The notes beneath the pieces are model-generated. The model searched no databases, had not been told where the DNA came from, and worked only from the letters and a program-made list of their open reading frames with translations. Both the position numbers and the translations under genes were made by a program. Below, in pieces: positions 39,463 to 48,599 of a DNA stretch of 64,000 bases; within the stretch, counting starts at the first letter, position 1, and each line of letters begins with the position of its first letter. Origin of the DNA: Planctomycetales bacterium (lineage in GTDB: Bacteria > 4484-113); NCBI GenBank assembly GCA_030606285.1, contig JAUWGS010000001.1, positions 176,696 to 240,695 on the forward strand. The letters run 5' to 3'.

Positions 39463-40380
39463 CTACCGCCTGATCCTCAGCCGTGGATCGAGGATGTCGC
39501 GCAGACCGTCGCCGAAAAGGTTGAAGCCGAGCACTGTAAGTGCCAGTGCAAGTCCCGGAAACACCCCCCACCAGGGCATATCCACGAGATTCCCCCGCGC
39601 CTCGGCGAGCATATTGCCCCACGATGGAGTTGGCGGCTGAACTCCGATGCCCAGAAACGAGAGACCTGCTTCGCTCAGCACGTTCTCCGCCACCGCAAGC
39701 GTGCCCAGCACGATTATCGGTGCCAGACAGTTGGGGAACAGGTGGCGTGTGATGATGCGGAAGTTGCCCGCGCCGATGCTGCGGGCTGCTTCGATGAATT
39801 CCTGCTCCTTCAAGGACAGTATCTGGCCGCGGATTACGCGGGCGATTCCCGTCCATCCGGTAAAGCCAAGCGCAATAAAGAGCGCCCAGATGCCGGGTCG
39901 CTGGAATGTAGCTAGGATGACGATGGCGAGCAGGATGCTCGGAAACGCAAAGAACGTATCAGTGAGCCGCATTAGTGCATTGTCCACCCAGCCGCCGAAA
40001 TACCCAGCCAGCGAACCGATGACAATGCCGATGAAAAGCGCGATGAGGGTGGCAACGACTCCAACGAGCAGTGATACCTGAGCACCGTGAATGATGCGCG
40101 AGAGGATATCGCGGCCGTGAAAGTCGGTGCCGAGCGTGAAACGCTGAGATTTTATGGGCTGGCCGCTTGCGGGATCAATGCGCACTGCTCCTTCGTCATC
40201 AACGGGAGGAGTATGCTCCTGAAAGGACGGCGCGAGTCTTGTGTAGCACTTAAACTGCACGATCGGGCTATGCGGTGCTATCAGAGGCGCTGCAATAGCT
40301 GCGAGCACGAATACTGTGATAATCACCATTCCCGCAAATGCGGTACGGTGTCGCAACAGCTTCTCGAAGAACCAGCGCAT
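39463..40380 (-). CDS. Peptide ABC transporter permease (OppC/DppC)
   Basis: LGTD..GRD, EAARSIGA, LSFLGIG, WG.ML, GDGLRD.LDPR. Confidence 0.92.
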   Translation of the reverse strand: MRWFFEKLLRHRTAFAGMVIITVFVLAAIAAPLIAPHSPIVQFKCYTRLAPSFQEHTPPVDDEGAVRIDPASGQPIKSQRFTLGTDFHGRDILSRIIHGAQVSLLVGVVATLIALFIGIVIGSLAGYFGGWVDNALMRLTDTFFAFPSILLAIVILATFQRPGIWALFIALGFTGWTGIARVIRGQILSLKEQEFIEAARSIGAGNFRIITRHLFPNCLAPIIVLGTLAVAENVLSEAGLSFLGIGVQPPTPSWGNMLAEARGNLVDMPWWGVFPGLALALTVLGFNLFGDGLRDILDPRLRIRR

Positions 40381-41324
40381 TACGTGTATCTAATCCGGGG
40401 ATCAACCCATGCGTAGATGATGTCTACAATCAAATTGACCATCACAAACGTCACGGCGAAGAGCGTGACCGAACCAAGGATGATGGGGAAATCACGCTGA
40501 CCGATGGCGTCAACCATCGCGCGGCCAAGACCCGGCCAGGAAAAGACTGTCTCGGTCAGCACTGCGCCGGTAAGCAGCAGTGCGAACATATTGCCGATGA
40601 CGGTGATGATGGGTATGAGCGCGTTTTTCAGCGCATGCCTGAAGATTATGGCGCGAGTCCCCAGGCCTTTGGCGCGCGCCGTGCGGATGTAATCTTGTCC
40701 CATCACCTCAAGCATCGAGCTTCGAGTGATGCGCGCGATGATGGCCATCGGCACAGTGGCAAGGGTCACAGCGGGGAGAATGAGATGCTTGAAGTTCTCC
40801 CACACCGTTGCCCCGTATTCGGTCATACCGGAAACCGGCAGCCAGTGGAAGTAGGAGCCGAAAACGAGCTGTAGCATCAGGCCCAGCCAGAAGACCGGGA
40901 TGGAAACTCCCGCTACTGCGAGAATCATCATCAGGTAATCAAGGGCTGACTGCGGGCGCATGGCGGCGACGATGCCGACCAGCATGCCGAGGATAATGGC
41001 GATGATCATCGCGCTGAGAGAAAGATAGAGCGTGTTGCCGAACTTGTCGCCGAGAAGTTGTGTCACTGGCTGTCCCTTGATGTAGGAAAAGCCCAGGTCG
41101 CCGCGCACGAGGTCCTTCAGGAAGACCAGGTACTGCACTACAAGCGGCTTGTCCAGGCCGAGCTCCGCTCTGAGCTGTTCAGCAATGACAGGATCGTAGC
41201 GCTGGCCCATGCGCACCTGGATAGGATCTCCGGGCGCCAGGTGAATCGCCGTGAAGGTGATAATTGTGATGCCGAGGAGAACCGGAATTATGGAAAGGAA
41301 TCGCTTCAGCAGGTAGTAGGCCAT
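40380..41324 (-). CDS. Peptide ABC transporter permease (OppB/DppB)
   Basis: PGDP, GLDKP, GDLG.S, DYIRTARAKGL, DPRI. Confidence 0.92.
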   Translation of the reverse strand: MAYYLLKRFLSIIPVLLGITIITFTAIHLAPGDPIQVRMGQRYDPVIAEQLRAELGLDKPLVVQYLVFLKDLVRGDLGFSYIKGQPVTQLLGDKFGNTLYLSLSAMIIAIILGMLVGIVAAMRPQSALDYLMMILAVAGVSIPVFWLGLMLQLVFGSYFHWLPVSGMTEYGATVWENFKHLILPAVTLATVPMAIIARITRSSMLEVMGQDYIRTARAKGLGTRAIIFRHALKNALIPIITVIGNMFALLLTGAVLTETVFSWPGLGRAMVDAIGQRDFPIILGSVTLFAVTFVMVNLIVDIIYAWVDPRIRYT

Positions 41325-41336
41325 GGTTTACATGTG

Positions 41337-42989
41337 CTAGCGCTCGAAGTAAACCTTTTCAAGTGGAGTGTTGTTGAGATGTGGGGTGCGGTCCATTGCG
41401 GTGATGCTAATGCCCTTGACGTATGGCTGTACGAGAGTCAGGTTCTTGCGCCAGTAGAGCAACAGCCAAGGCGCTGCGGCAAGCGAGATATCCTCAGCCT
41501 TGTGGTAGAGCCGGCTACGCTCCCCCTCGTCTACAGTCGCGCGTCCCTTCCGTACCAGTTCGTCGAACTGGGGATGCGAAAAGCGCGTGATGTTGCCGGG
41601 ATCGCCGGCCTGCGTTGATTCCAGAAGCACATAGAGCCAGTTGTCCGGGTCCGGATAATCTGTTAGCCATGTGTTCTGGTGGAACAGAAGCTCACCTGCG
41701 TATACCCGGTCGAGGAAGGTTGCCCAGTCGTTCTGCTCGATGCGAACCTTAACGCCAACCTGCCGTAAGTCCTCTTGCACCTGCGCCGCCATCTGGACGG
41801 AAAGCTGCTGCTGGTCAATGTTGAGCGTAACTTCGGGGAAGTCCTCGCCACCCGGATAGCCTGCGCTTGCGAGGTAGTCTCTGGCTTTGTCCGGGTCGTA
41901 AGGATACCCCTCGCTTTCTTCGTTGAAGTAGAAGCTGCCCGGCGGGAAGTAGGTTTTCTGCAGTGCACCGCGCCCTTCGAGTATGTTGCGGATGATGCTT
42001 TCCTTGTCCACCGCGTGGTTGAAAGCTAGGCGAACGCGCTTGTCGTCGAACGGCGGCTTCTCGCAATTGAACCCGTAGCAGTACATGTCCATTGCTGTTA
42101 CGCCATGCACCAGGGAGCTGAGCCTGGCGTCGGCGTTAATCTCAGTCATTTTGCCAAACGGTATGTCAGTATGGTCAAGATCGCCGCTGAGAAACGCCTG
42201 ATACCGGGTGTTCTCGTCAGGTATCACTTTGAACACGATGACATCGAGCTTCACCTCTGTGTCCCAGTATCCACGGTTGGCCTGCAGAATAATCTGGTTG
42301 TCATGATCCCATTTATCGAAGACGAACGGTCCGCTGCCGACAGGCTTCTGTGCAAAGCCCTTCCAGTCTTCTTCAACCACTTCGCGCGGCACGATTGCGA
42401 AATTGCTCATGCAGAGGACTGCGAGAAACGGCGCATACTGCTGCTCAAGATGAATAATAAAGGTGTTCTCATCAGGTGCTTCGAAACCCGCGAAGGATTC
42501 CGTAGTTCCCTCAAAGAACGCTCTCGCGCCCTTGACCGGGAATAGCATCTGTGCCCTTTCGCTCGGCATGTCGCCGGCATCCCTCGCGGCAGCCGAGTCC
42601 AGTATGCGCGTGAAGCTGTACAGCACATCCTCAGCGGTTACTTCTCTACCGTTATGGAATTCCGCCCCTTCCCGGATGAAGAACTTGTATTTTAGTCCGT
42701 CTTCTGAGATGATCCAGTTCTCAGCGAGGTCAGGCACGATCTGAAGGTCAGGGGAGAAACGCACCAGGCCGTTGAATATTCTGCGTACGACCGTATCGGA
42801 AACGGTGTCGGTAATGTGCATAGGATCGAGTGTCGGCGGGTCCGCAGGTAGCGGAAACCGGTAGACGGCCTCGGTCAGTGGTTGAGTGGGCAGGGGGCTC
42901 TTGCCATCGGCTTCAGGTGGGGGAGCCGGATTACACGAAGCGAGAAACGTGGACACGATAAAAACGACGAATAAAGCAGTTCTCCTCAT
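41337..42989 (-). CDS. Peptide ABC transporter substrate-binding lipoprotein (family 5)
   Basis: Lipobox LASC, TLDP, PDLAENW, FHNG, PVGSGPF, DYPDP. Confidence 0.9.
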   Translation of the reverse strand: MRRTALFVVFIVSTFLASCNPAPPPEADGKSPLPTQPLTEAVYRFPLPADPPTLDPMHITDTVSDTVVRRIFNGLVRFSPDLQIVPDLAENWIISEDGLKYKFFIREGAEFHNGREVTAEDVLYSFTRILDSAAARDAGDMPSERAQMLFPVKGARAFFEGTTESFAGFEAPDENTFIIHLEQQYAPFLAVLCMSNFAIVPREVVEEDWKGFAQKPVGSGPFVFDKWDHDNQIILQANRGYWDTEVKLDVIVFKVIPDENTRYQAFLSGDLDHTDIPFGKMTEINADARLSSLVHGVTAMDMYCYGFNCEKPPFDDKRVRLAFNHAVDKESIIRNILEGRGALQKTYFPPGSFYFNEESEGYPYDPDKARDYLASAGYPGGEDFPEVTLNIDQQQLSVQMAAQVQEDLRQVGVKVRIEQNDWATFLDRVYAGELLFHQNTWLTDYPDPDNWLYVLLESTQAGDPGNITRFSHPQFDELVRKGRATVDEGERSRLYHKAEDISLAAAPWLLLYWRKNLTLVQPYVKGISITAMDRTPHLNNTPLEKVYFER

Positions 42990-43010
42990 CCCTGCACCTC
43001 CATGCCGGTA

Positions 43011-44732
43011 TCAGTTTACGTCAGCTCTCATGATAAAAACACGAGAAAGGTCATTGTTGGGAAAGCTAGCATCGATATCCATTCCAGAGATAGCAATGCC
43101 CTTAACCTCGGGTTTCAGCAGGATATTAACCGTTTGCGTGAAAAGAAACAGCCATGGAGCCTCTTCCAGGGCTATCCGTTCCGCCTGCCAGTAGAGTAGG
43201 CGACGTTTGCCCGGATCGAGCTCAGCGCGCGCCTGCTCCACCAGCGTATCGAATTCATCGTTCCGCCATCGCGCCCAGTTGCCGTATGCACCGGAGTTTT
43301 CGCTCGCCAGCAGTCGCCACAGGAACACATCAGGATCAGGATAATCGGCAACGCAGTCACCACGGGCAACTATGAAATCGCCTTCCCGTATCTTCTCCAC
43401 GAACGTAGGAAAATCAGCGGCTTGCCGCTTCCCTTTCACGGACACGTCGCGGAAAAAGTCCTCGATCTGCGATGCAATATCCGGCTGTACCGAGAAATCG
43501 TTGTACAGGAGACGTGTTGTTTCAGGAAAGAACATTCCTTGCGGGTGCCCAGAGACCTCAAGGAGCCTTCTGGCCTCATTGACATCGTATCTGTATCTGG
43601 GCTCGTCCCTGATGGCCGGATTGTACCATTCGGTTAGAGCCGGTGGTATGATGCCGGTCAGGGGCTCGCAGCGTCCTTCCAGGATTTCTTCCACGATGTA
43701 TTCACGGTTCACTGCATAGTTCAACGCCTGGCGAAGCGTCTTCTTGCTCGAGAAGAGCCGGTCCTTCCAGGGCTCTTTGTCCATGTTAAAGACGTAAAAC
43801 TGGACTGCCAAAAGGTCCTTGTGGTGGAATTGTCCCCGGTAGGCTTCGTCCTTACTGACCTCTCGTAGTTTGCCGACAGGGATATTTGTCGCGTCCAGCT
43901 CACCATCAGCGTACGCCTTGAACTGCGCCTCGACGTCAGGTATCACCTTGTAGAGCACCGCATCAAGAAAAGGCGCGCCCTCGAAGTAATCCACATTGGC
44001 TTCGAGTCTGATACTAGAGCCGGTTTGCCAGTCGACAAGCTTGAACGGGCCCGAGCCGACCGGATGGTTTGCAAAGTCATAATGCTGGTCTTCCGCATCC
44101 ACATCCGCTTCCTCACACGGCACTACGGCGAAGTTGATCATCGCTAGAGTTGTCAGAAACGGGCTGTAAGGCTTCGATAGCTGTATCTGAAACGAGTACC
44201 GCTCAGGAGCCGAGACACCGGTCAAACAGTCCGCATTGCGCTCGCGGAACTCATGATACCCCACGACGTCCCGCAGCAGGTTGGCGCGTTCGGATGCTTC
44301 ATCCAGGTTTGCCAATCGCGTAAACGAGTTCACGAAGTCCTTGGCTGTCACCTCACGACCGCTGTGGAATTTCGCGCCTTTCTTGAGATAGAAGGTGAAA
44401 CGTAGGCCATCGGGCGAGACATCCCAGTTCTCTGCCAGGTCGGGGACAAGCTGCAGGTCCTTGTCGAACCTGACTAGAGTCGAGTAGATCTGCCTTGCCA
44501 CTGCAGAGCTACGCACGTCAATAATGTGGATCGGGTCCAGCGTGAGCACATCAGCGTCCAGCGGTAGCCGCAGTGTGCCTCCTGTTTGGCCTACGGGAGT
44601 TGTAGCAGTTTCTGGCTCAGTCTTGGTGCAGGAACCGAGACTGCCTGCGGCGACCAGTAGGCTCGCGGCAACACAAATCGCCACTACCGCTGCCAGCAAA
44701 CCTGAAAATACACGGAAAGGTTGTGGCGCCAT
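43011..44732 (-). CDS. Peptide ABC transporter substrate-binding lipoprotein (family 5), paralog
   Basis: LGSC lipobox, TLDP, PDLAENW, PVGSGPF, DYPDP. Confidence 0.9.
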   Translation of the reverse strand: MAPQPFRVFSGLLAAVVAICVAASLLVAAGSLGSCTKTEPETATTPVGQTGGTLRLPLDADVLTLDPIHIIDVRSSAVARQIYSTLVRFDKDLQLVPDLAENWDVSPDGLRFTFYLKKGAKFHSGREVTAKDFVNSFTRLANLDEASERANLLRDVVGYHEFRERNADCLTGVSAPERYSFQIQLSKPYSPFLTTLAMINFAVVPCEEADVDAEDQHYDFANHPVGSGPFKLVDWQTGSSIRLEANVDYFEGAPFLDAVLYKVIPDVEAQFKAYADGELDATNIPVGKLREVSKDEAYRGQFHHKDLLAVQFYVFNMDKEPWKDRLFSSKKTLRQALNYAVNREYIVEEILEGRCEPLTGIIPPALTEWYNPAIRDEPRYRYDVNEARRLLEVSGHPQGMFFPETTRLLYNDFSVQPDIASQIEDFFRDVSVKGKRQAADFPTFVEKIREGDFIVARGDCVADYPDPDVFLWRLLASENSGAYGNWARWRNDEFDTLVEQARAELDPGKRRLLYWQAERIALEEAPWLFLFTQTVNILLKPEVKGIAISGMDIDASFPNNDLSRVFIMRADVN

Positions 44733-44756
44733 GCCACCAATTATAGCAATCGGCTG

Positions 44757-45938
44757 TCAACGTATTGCAGTAAGAAGGTCACGCAAGTATCGGTCGCACG
44801 AATAGTAGTCGATGGAGAAGCCCGCAGAGATCTCCGAAGCAAGGTCCGAAAGCCGGCGGAGTGCATCCTCAAGTGCCGCTGCGATGGACGCCGGGTCTCT
44901 TACATCGGTGATTGTGGCAACGCCCGGTAGATGAGCCAGTGGTGAGTCGTTCGCCGCAAGGGCTGGAGTGCGAAACGCCAGCGCTTCGAGGACAGGGTAG
45001 CCGAAACCCTCCTCCAGAGACGGGAGAACCAGCAGGTCTGCATGGCGGTAAAGCGAGACAAGATCGTCGTCGCTTACGCGCCCAAGGTGCAGCACGTCTG
45101 GCAACGGGCTGTCAGGGCGCAGGCACGAGCCGTCTGGCAATGCAATCTCGTGAAGTGGGCGATCCTGCCTGGGCAGTGGCTTTGCGCGACCGCCAACGAT
45201 AACGAGCCTGTGAGGAAGCATCCTTAGTTTCACTTCGGTGAAAGCAGTCAATAGAGCTGGCAGATTCTTGCGCGGCCCAGCCACTCCGACGTGTAGCACA
45301 AACGGTAGCGGAACAGAGACAATGCCGTGAACCGTCTCGACATCTACCATGCTCAAGCGGCTGTAAGCATCTGACCCAGCCTTACTGAACTTTGGTGCAA
45401 GACAGGAAACCACAGTGTGCAGCTTGGGCTCTAGCGACGGGTAAAGCTCCACCATCCGGGCACGAGTCTGCTTGGAAACGCAGATTAGCGTCTTGGCGCG
45501 TCTCAGTGATGCCGGCCCGCTGATGCGGTATATGAGTTGCGCCTTGACTCCCATGAGAAACGGTGCTGCGTATGGCGTGGTGTCATGTATCACGCAGTGG
45601 CAGCCAATGCCCGACAGGTTGGGAAGAACGTAGTCCGGGTCCAGGTACGCGTCCAGATTGAGCCGACGGAATACCTCTGGCAGCTCGAGCTGGTGCAGCA
45701 TATGCCGGGGAAACGCAGAGAAGCTGCTGAAATGAAGCTGAACCTCATCACGAAGAACGAATCGCTCGGCCTCAGCTCGCGGCAGCTCGTTGAGGATGGT
45801 CTGCATGTCGCGTCGCCGCTGGAGAAATACGTGTAGTTCACCGTTGAAGCGCGTGAGCAGAACTGCTGCCAGAATGCGAGCATAGCGGCCAATGCCGCCC
45901 GGTGTATGAATTGCCAGTGCTGATAGGCCCAGTATCAC
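44757..45938 (-). CDS. Glycosyltransferase family 4 (GT-B)
   Basis: GGIGRY, HD, PRKN, PSLEEGFGYPVLEA. Confidence 0.88.
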   Translation of the reverse strand: MILGLSALAIHTPGGIGRYARILAAVLLTRFNGELHVFLQRRRDMQTILNELPRAEAERFVLRDEVQLHFSSFSAFPRHMLHQLELPEVFRRLNLDAYLDPDYVLPNLSGIGCHCVIHDTTPYAAPFLMGVKAQLIYRISGPASLRRAKTLICVSKQTRARMVELYPSLEPKLHTVVSCLAPKFSKAGSDAYSRLSMVDVETVHGIVSVPLPFVLHVGVAGPRKNLPALLTAFTEVKLRMLPHRLVIVGGRAKPLPRQDRPLHEIALPDGSCLRPDSPLPDVLHLGRVSDDDLVSLYRHADLLVLPSLEEGFGYPVLEALAFRTPALAANDSPLAHLPGVATITDVRDPASIAAALEDALRRLSDLASEISAGFSIDYYSCDRYLRDLLTAIR

Positions 45939-45961
45939 AATACGATTCTAGCAAATGCGGT

Positions 45962-46759
45962 CTAGTAGCCGACCAGAAGGTTCTGGCTGAACCGCCGCAG
46001 CGCGGAGATGATGGATAGCGCGGCAAGGTAGCTTGTGCGTGGATTGTCGGGAGATGGGGCATTTCGCAGCACGATGTGTACGTCTCCCGCAACGCCGGAA
46101 GCTTCTATCTCATGCACGTTTTGTGTTAGAGCCGGGTCGCTTATTAAAACGAACTCCAGCTTGTCTAGGCCTACGGTCGAAAGCCCAAGTGTGATGGAAA
46201 CATTCACGTTTTTCGGGAACTGCTCGAAAGCAGGTTCCGGGGGGCCGCGGTACACTTCTGTCAGCTCCTTATCGTCCCGGCCCAGTGCCTTTGGCGGCTT
46301 TCGCGTGGTAAGGCGGACATGGTCCATCTTAGCCAGGGTCATTGACGACAGCGCGTCCAGTCCGCCTATTGCGCCCGAAGGTGCGATGATTTTGAGGTGA
46401 CTTCCCGCGAGTTCGCGGTGAAACTCCTCGTCCAACTGTAAAAGCCCGCCCACACTCATAACGAAGAGATACTTGGTCGCTTCCACCTGTTGTGATGCAA
46501 GCAGCGCCTTGCGGGCAATCACCGGCACCACGCTCATGTGCGCCGCTTCAACAATCACTTTGCTACGGGCGGCAAGGGTATCCAGGTCCACGAGCTGCAC
46601 ATTCAGCTCCGGGAAACGTTCACAGAAGGTGGCAGCATGCTGCTCGTCAATGTCGTTGGCGAATGTCAGCTTGTACGGCAGGTTGTGGTCAATGATGCCC
46701 TGCGCCAGGAACGTACCAATGTTCCCAAGCCCCACCAATCCCAGTGTAAGCTTTGGCAT
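45962..46759 (-). CDS. nadX: L-aspartate dehydrogenase
   Basis: GLGNIG, EAA, SVG, SGAIGGLD, RKPP, FPKNVNV, NVH, NPRTS. Confidence 0.88.
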   Translation of the reverse strand: MPKLTLGLVGLGNIGTFLAQGIIDHNLPYKLTFANDIDEQHAATFCERFPELNVQLVDLDTLAARSKVIVEAAHMSVVPVIARKALLASQQVEATKYLFVMSVGGLLQLDEEFHRELAGSHLKIIAPSGAIGGLDALSSMTLAKMDHVRLTTRKPPKALGRDDKELTEVYRGPPEPAFEQFPKNVNVSITLGLSTVGLDKLEFVLISDPALTQNVHEIEASGVAGDVHIVLRNAPSPDNPRTSYLAALSIISALRRFSQNLLVGY

Positions 46760-46855
46760 GCAATCATTCTATCATCGCAGTTGGCTTCCCGTGCTATGAA
46801 TTCAGGCGCATGTATGGCAAAATGAACGGCAGCCTGGTCCCAGGGGGAAGGAAAC

Positions 46856-48520
46856 ATGCGTACGCACTGCCTGTATGCGATACTCGGACTGCTCGTCGCA
46901 CTGACGACAGGCGCTGCTTGCGGACGGACGAACCACGTCGGGATGTCTCCGTCGGCGCAGCATTCCATTGACGGATTGGAGCAGAGACTGGCAGAAACGC
47001 TGCGGGAGCAACTGAGTGACCGAGGAATAGAGCCTGACCGGTGTGTGAGTTTGCCGGTTTCAGGTGAGGCTAATCGTGTGAAGGACATCTCTCTCTCCCA
47101 GGATGAAGACGACCGCTACGTAATCACGTGGCATTACCGCAACGCTGGCGACTACGATCAAAACGGCAAAGTCGAAATCGCGGATGTGACCCAGCTTGCG
47201 ATACACTTCGGTGAAGCCGTCGGTGAAGACAAGAACACGCTTGCGGCTGTAATTGACGGTGATAATAGCGACACTGTGGATATCGGTGACATCACCCCGA
47301 TTGCCATGTACTACGGTGCGAGAGTAGTGGGATATAGAGTTGAGACGGCAGAAACCTCTGGCGGCACGTTTGATGAACTTGGCCGCGTATATCTAGAGGA
47401 TATGCTGTCCGATGAAGGACGTTTAAGGGCTGAGTACCTGCTGTCAAACCTGAATCACCCGGTTGTAAGAGTCGTGCCTTTCGACTCCGAAGAGGAGCCC
47501 GGGATTGTCTCTGGGGAATTCATTGTCGAACTTGAGGCGCCGAGCGTGATGGCAGTTCGGCCACTTACCTGTGAAGTGAGTAGAGCAGTCACGTACCGGG
47601 CGGACATCAACGGTGAGGGGCAGCGTGATTACTTCTGGCAGTTCGGTGAGAATGCGGTCCCGGGCACGAGCGATGCTGAGCTTCCGACGGTAATCATGAC
47701 CGAGATTGGTGATACTGAGTGCAGTCTGGCTGTCACAACACCGTTTGGTGCTGACACCTTTGACTTCACCATTACTGTAGTTGCTGCCGGTGCTGAACCG
47801 TACATTACGAGTGTCGTGCCGCAGTCAGGTCTGGCAAATACGGAGATGGCCTTCTCCGCCAGTGTCGGTGGCGCAGAACCGATCACGTACGCGTGGGATT
47901 TCGGGGACGGGGCAACGCCTTCCACGAGTTCCGATGTTCAGCCGACGGTGATATTGAGTGAATCTGGGGAGTATCCTATAACTCTCATAGTCGAGAACGC
48001 GTTGAGTGACGACATGTATCAGTTTGCTTTGCATGTAGTTGAGGGCATGAACCTGGAAGTCCTCGCGATGCGTATCAAGCTGGAGGGCACCGAGAACACA
48101 CTGGATGGAGATCCCCTTTTTGAGACTGATTGCTTTGCGGTGCCACTGGGGGGTGGCTCGTGCCAGGGAAAAATCCAAACAAGATGCAGCGTGCACGGAT
48201 ACCTGGAAGCCCTACTGTACCTGTACGAGGAAACAATCTACGGCTACGAGCAGGCTCCACCACCGGGGCAGGCGGATGCCTATGAAGGAACATTGTCCTA
48301 TCTCAGCACACAGTTGGACTGGGAGATAACCTGTCCGGGGTATGGTGCTGAAGAACTGTTCTTGCACGATCCGTTTGAGGCGCCGGGCCATCTTCAGGGC
48401 TGTTTCGGGGCAATCGAAGATGTGTACACAGTCGTTGCACGACTTCCTGAAGGCACTCTCGGCGTACCCGATAACGCAGTCGAGGTCGTGATAGCGATGG
48501 ATATCACTGATGCGGGCTAA
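46856..48520 (+). CDS. Lipoprotein with dockerin-like EF-hand pair and two PKD domains
   Basis: GAAC lipobox; GDYDQNGKVEIADV and DGDNSDTVDIGDI; WQFGE and WDFGDG PKD motifs. Confidence 0.75.
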   Translation: MRTHCLYAILGLLVALTTGAACGRTNHVGMSPSAQHSIDGLEQRLAETLREQLSDRGIEPDRCVSLPVSGEANRVKDISLSQDEDDRYVITWHYRNAGDYDQNGKVEIADVTQLAIHFGEAVGEDKNTLAAVIDGDNSDTVDIGDITPIAMYYGARVVGYRVETAETSGGTFDELGRVYLEDMLSDEGRLRAEYLLSNLNHPVVRVVPFDSEEEPGIVSGEFIVELEAPSVMAVRPLTCEVSRAVTYRADINGEGQRDYFWQFGENAVPGTSDAELPTVIMTEIGDTECSLAVTTPFGADTFDFTITVVAAGAEPYITSVVPQSGLANTEMAFSASVGGAEPITYAWDFGDGATPSTSSDVQPTVILSESGEYPITLIVENALSDDMYQFALHVVEGMNLEVLAMRIKLEGTENTLDGDPLFETDCFAVPLGGGSCQGKIQTRCSVHGYLEALLYLYEETIYGYEQAPPPGQADAYEGTLSYLSTQLDWEITCPGYGAEELFLHDPFEAPGHLQGCFGAIEDVYTVVARLPEGTLGVPDNAVEVVIAMDITDAG

Positions 48521-48599
48521 GCTGTGACACCTGCACATGCTGGAAGTAACCTGCTTTTGCTGCTAAGATACTCGCATTCCAGATAAGGAGCGACCCGTT

